The translations under genes and the position numbers were made by a program. Shown piece after piece: positions 58,946 to 64,000 of a stretch of DNA of 64,000 nt. This DNA comes from Gekko japonicus (Eukaryota), in the NCBI RefSeq assembly GCF_001447785.1, contig NW_015169173.1, positions 613,696 to 677,695 of the forward strand, in the 5' to 3' direction. How positions within the stretch are numbered: position 1 is the first letter of the stretch; each line of letters starts with the position of its first letter. The notes under the pieces are model-generated. The model was not told the origin of the DNA. It did not search any database and saw only the letters and a list, made by a program, of their open reading frames with translations.

Positions 58946-61900
58946 TTTTTGTTAAAATAGAATTTTTAATACCAATGGTGCCTGACATTTTATAAACTGA
59001 AACTTATCCATAATCCAGCACTAGATATATATACTGCCATTGTCACTACCCAGGGTCTTACAGCAGGACTCCAAGAAGTTTTTTATTCCAAGTTACAGTC
59101 CTCACTGGTATCTTTTCAGCTGCCACAGGTTTGTTCCTGATGGTAGATCTTCCTTTGACTGCTTTTCTCTGTTTTCCCTCCCTTTCCCTCCCTTCATCCA
59201 TTTCCCCACAGGAAACGGCAACTCTTTCAGACTTAGGGGCTGTCAGGCAATGTCATATTTCAGAAGATCCATGACAGTCCTAATTAGACCTGCTGGGCCT
59301 AGCTGTCACCCCAGTGGGAGAATTGGTGGGGGGGACAGGATTGAGATCACAATGTCACTTCCAGCAAGAACCTGGAAGTGGTTAAACCACAGAGTTTTGG
59401 GTGAGTCCTAGAGTGTTGTGCTGACACGATAATGGAACTTCTGGGTTCACACTGAATGTGATGTTGCACATTGGCGCAATGGTGAACACCCCCCAATCTC
59501 CCCCCCCCCCGGCCAGCACTATCCTGTTGAGCAGTGGTGGGGAATGGAGGGCCAGGCTGGGAGGTGTCCCACCATCGCTATAACAATAGACTTGATCTTC
59601 TGCTTTGGATTACTCCCCAAGTCTCCCCAAAGTAGAACAATTATTTATATTGAGACAACAGGCCTGTTTGTTATAATACAAATTATGTATGCTTTTTTAA
59701 CACATTCAATTTGCATGTTTGTAATTTCCATAAACTTTGGAGGAAAGAGCACATCTTCTGTATCGACCGTGTCCTCTGCTTGAACACAACTCAAAGGATC
59801 ACCCTATACTCCATGACATCTTGTTGGAAAATGGATTTTGAACCCTAGAGATCACATAGCAACTGTTTACATGGTTCCCCCGCCCCCATGTTATCCTAAC
59901 CATAATCCTGAGAGATGGGTTAGATTGAGAAAAAGTGTGCACAAATGACCCAAGGTCGTAGCTGAGTGACAAGGCTGCAGTCCTAAGAACACTTATCTGG
60001 GCATGCAAGCCTTGTGGAATGAATTGGGGTTTAAGTCTGAGTAGATGTGCTTTAAATTAATCCCCAAATCTCCTCAGTCTTAGTGAAATACTCTAACCAC
60101 TATTCCAAACTAACAAGAATATACTGGGTGAACTAAAACAAGAGGGGGTGGGGTTAAACTTTTCTGCATGATTCTTTTTTGTGTTCTTTTGCTCAAGTAA
60201 ATCAAGTAAAACGGATGAAGTAAAACAGTCATCACCCACTGCCAGCAAAGGGAAGTGTTGAGGGGGCATCTCCATTTTCCATCCCTTCTGCAGTCGCTGA
60301 AAGACCTTCAACTGACTGCAGTCAAGCAGGGGAGGTGGTGGTGGGGTGGGAATCCAACTCTACATGTTTCCCATGTGATGCTTCTTTACAGTTGTCATGA
60401 GTTTGCATTGGTTTACTATAATTTGTATCAGCCTTCTTAGCCCAGACTTCTCTGAGGTTGGAACTTAAGCAAAGTCAGTATTTGTAAGGGAATTCAACAA
60501 GGGAGACTGGAGCTGCTATGAAGAGGAAGGCACTGGGAAACCATCTCATCTCTGGCCTCAAAAACCCCAAGAGGTGGAATTTCATGGGGTCACCATGAGT
60601 TGGTTGCGACTCGATGGCACACATTACTTTTACTATGATTTATTTGCTTACTTCATTTATATTCCACTCTTCTTCCCAGTGGGGAACCCAAAGTAGCTTA
60701 CGACAGTCTCCTCCTTTTTATTTTATCTTTGCAACAACCCGGTGATGCAGGTTAGGCTGAGTTGTTTGGAATTGATTCATTTGGAGGACAGAGTGCGATC
60801 CGCACTGGACAGGCTCTAAAAAACTGCCAAGATGACGACCAGTGTGCAGGATCAAATTAGAGAATCACAAAGAGAAAGCCACAATAATTTGCAAGGAAGG
60901 GCAGGAAATTAGTGTTACTATGTAGCTGTGCTAGGACATCAGCAAAAATTACGCCCCCTTTTTTTCCTTCAGTTTAGTGGCACAAAACTAAAAAAGCTCT
61001 CCAGAGCTTCTTCCAGAGGAGTGCTCCCTCATACAAACTGCAGCCTTGTGCAAACCATGGTGGGTTTGCAGCTGACTTTGCACAGGCCCGTGCACACGCG
61101 CACACACACACACGTTGCCAATGATCACAGCTTGAATTGCCAGTGTCAGTGGGTTCTACCATGCATTCTGTACACTCAACATGTTTCCCCATATTATGAG
61201 ATGGTATTACTCTTTCTCACAGTGGGCAATAACAACAGAGAATTCCCTAGTGCTCCGCAATATGGAACATGGGGCTTTGCAGCTGCTTGTCAGTTTCAAA
61301 AAAGTCTGGACAGTTTCAACATTGGGTTTCCCCCCTTTACCTGCATTCCTTTGTGTTCCTTTTCATTCAACAAACTAATGCTAAAATGTATGCACAAAAC
61401 CTGAACCACGAGGATTTAAATGGAAGGTGCTTGCTGGACGCTACTACACAGATGTGATAGAGCAAGTGGCCACCCGCCCCCACATGTCACAAGTGACGTT
61501 CCACCCCAATTTAGAGAAGTGCATTAAAAAAAAACTGTAGCTGCAGAATACACCAGACGAAAAAGAATGGTGCGTAAGGTGGGCACAGAATCCAAAGTCA
61601 AGATTAAAAGCTTACTGCTCTGAAAATTTGCAGTAAGATGTGCGTGCATAATGGGCCTATGTCTCCCAAACATCAGTTATGCTCCTCAGAAAGCCTTCTC
61701 CTTGTGGTGCCCTGTCTTTGGATTGTCTATATGCAGCAGTTAGGTTGCAGGCATTTTCTGTGGAAGGTCCAGTTCTTTGGAAGGACTTACCGGATTGGGT
61801 GTGGAGCATGCCTTCACTCTTATGCATTGAGGAATGTGTGTAGGCTTTTATTTCAGAGGCTGTTTGGTAGAGGTTAAACTGTTTTGGCACCTCTGGCTGC

Positions 61901-62349
61901 ATTTTTCACCTGTGTATTTTGAACATCTGTACTTTTAACTTGTGTGTTTTTATCTTGTTGATGGATTGTTGTACTGTTTTGGTGTCCTTCCAATTTTCTG
62001 TTACTTTACCTGAGAGTCTAAGGCAATGAAAGTGGTTATAAATGCTTCACATAAATACATAAAAATAAAAGGACAACCAAAATGAACACAGGGTCAGATC
62101 ATCTGTACAAGTAATGATCAAATAGCTTAGGGCTGTACTTAGAAGAACTTTCTGAAGGGATTTTAGGGTCTGATTTTCTATACCCACCAAGATTGAAAAG
62201 ACTTCCAGAGTAATTTCTGACAGAAAAAGGAAAGTCTGTAGGGATGTAATTTTTGCCTTTGATAGCTTTAAACTAAGGGATTCTTTGTTAAAAATCTTAA
62301 GATCAAACCCCCTACACATTGATAATGAGACAGAAGGAGGAGGAGGAGG

Positions 62350-62592
62350 AGGAGATTGGATTTATACCCCGCCCTTCACTTGGAGTCTCAGAGCGGCTTA
62401 CAAACTCCTTTCCCCTGTGAGGTGGGTGGGGCTGAGAGAACTGACACAAACTGCTCTTTCAGGAACAGCTGTGCCAGAGCTTGTGACTGATCCAAGGTCA
62501 CACCAGCAGGTGCAAGTGGAGGAGTGGGGAATCAAACCCGGTTCTCCCAGATTAGAGTCCGCACACTTAACCACTACACCAAACTGGCTCTC
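62350..62592 (-). mobile_element. Squam3-like tRNA SINE
   Basis: Same family as 3755-4042. Confidence 0.75.
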
Positions 62593-64000
62593 CAATACAG
62601 GTACTCCCCAGTCTATCCCGTGTTACATTGTAGAAACATAGAAATCTAAGGTTCCTCTCTGATAAACCAGGGAATAAGAACATAGTTTATAGGTGGGGCT
62701 TCCCCTTCCAGATCTTTTGATATATGAACATCAACTATAACATTAAGACATTAGAGGAAGCTAAGAAACTAGATGCTGTCCTGTTTTTGCAAATGTTTAA
62801 CTTTGTTCGTATTTTCTGTAGTTGCTGCCCTACTATTGTTTTTGTATTTTAAGTGAGATGTTTTAGGATTGTTTCAATAAAGCTGAGCAAAGATTTAACA
62901 AAAAATAAGAGTTGAATGAGGCACAGAAGACAAGAAAATATCTTCAGATTTTTATTAAAAGAGCAAGTTATCATCATTTATTTTCCAATTTATACCCCAT
63001 CCTCCCTGCCAAAGCAGGCTCATGTTATTGCAGGAATGATACACTGGAAAGTCACAAGAACATTTATTGAAATATCCTAAATCAGGGCAGGTGTACATAT
63101 ATCATCTGCAGATAACAAAACAAGGGGAGTTGCCATATATATTAAAAACCCTTATGTACGATCGTGTTTCTGATACAGAGGGCAGATTTTTGTACTTGAA
63201 AGGTACACATCTATGCTTCAAATGTTAACCATAATAACTTTTATAAGCAGCTAGACAAAAGGTTTAGATGAGTTTTCTGTAGGTGATATCATAATAAAGA
63301 AGATGCTGCTAATATGAATGGTGGGGGGAAAACGATTTTAAAAAGATTGATTAACCAGTCACTAATTACTCATCCTTTGGCTGACATATGGCATCTCTTC
63401 AACCCTAGGGGGGTAAAGATTTCACTTTTTTCTCAGGTACTCATGACTCTTCAAATCCATTTTTGACTGCAGTGGAAAAGGCTAGAAGAGGGTCAATCCA
63501 CCTCTCAGGATCATGCCCAAATATATGTGACAGATTTAACAGCTATTCAGACAGAAAATATTTGGTGTTTTGATAATGGTTTTTTAGGAATCCTTAGATT
63601 TAAAAAAAGGAAATCCAAAATATTTGATAAAATTTTGTACTGTGAATAGAAACACCAGTACAGATACCATATTTTGGGAGACTAGCAAAGCCTGCATCAG
63701 AGGTGTCATTCCTTCTGAAGCATCAAGAATTTTTTTAAAAAAGAAAAAGAACTAAAGAGCAAAATATGTTTAGAGTAAATTTTAAAAAACAGGAATGTGA
63801 ATGTCAAATAAAAAAAGATTATGAATTGTTTAAACTTCTTAATTTATTTAGGAGACAATTGGAGGAAATGGAACTATTCTTAAAAATTGATTATGTTAAG
63901 CAAAAATGCTTTGAAAATAGCAGTGAAATGGGCAGATGTTTAGCTGTTAGGGTTAAGAAAAGAAAGTCTAAGGAAACAATTGTAGCAATTAGAAACAGGA

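Overview
Vertebrate genomic DNA, almost certainly a squamate and probably a gecko. This rests on the repeat content: Sauria SINEs, Squam3-like tRNA SINEs, 5S-derived SINEs, Bov-B, CR1, L2 and many hAT and Harbinger MITEs. The only host genes form a minus-strand tandem cluster of GT92/DUF23 (galt-1-like beta-1,4-galactosyltransferase) genes. Two have intact single-exon ORFs (9702-10991 and 48367-49662), each with a candidate non-coding first exon, and two are pseudogene remnants (about 4135-4600 and 26774-27672). The cluster was shaped by a partial tandem duplication (about 9.3-25.8 kb to 26.4-32.9 kb) and an inverted duplication of upstream DNA (34.6-37.6 kb vs 59.0-61.3 kb). The most unusual object is a 2310-bp insertion at 22478-24787. 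It has TGTAA...TTACA ends, ~54-bp terminal inverted repeats and a CCGG target-site duplication, which is the signature described for Ginger1 DNA transposons. Its interior is ~18 apparently identical copies of a 124-bp palindrome-rich unit containing a copy of the element's own end, and an empty site is visible in the paralogous duplicate. All repeat-family names come from motif recognition by eye, not from database searches.
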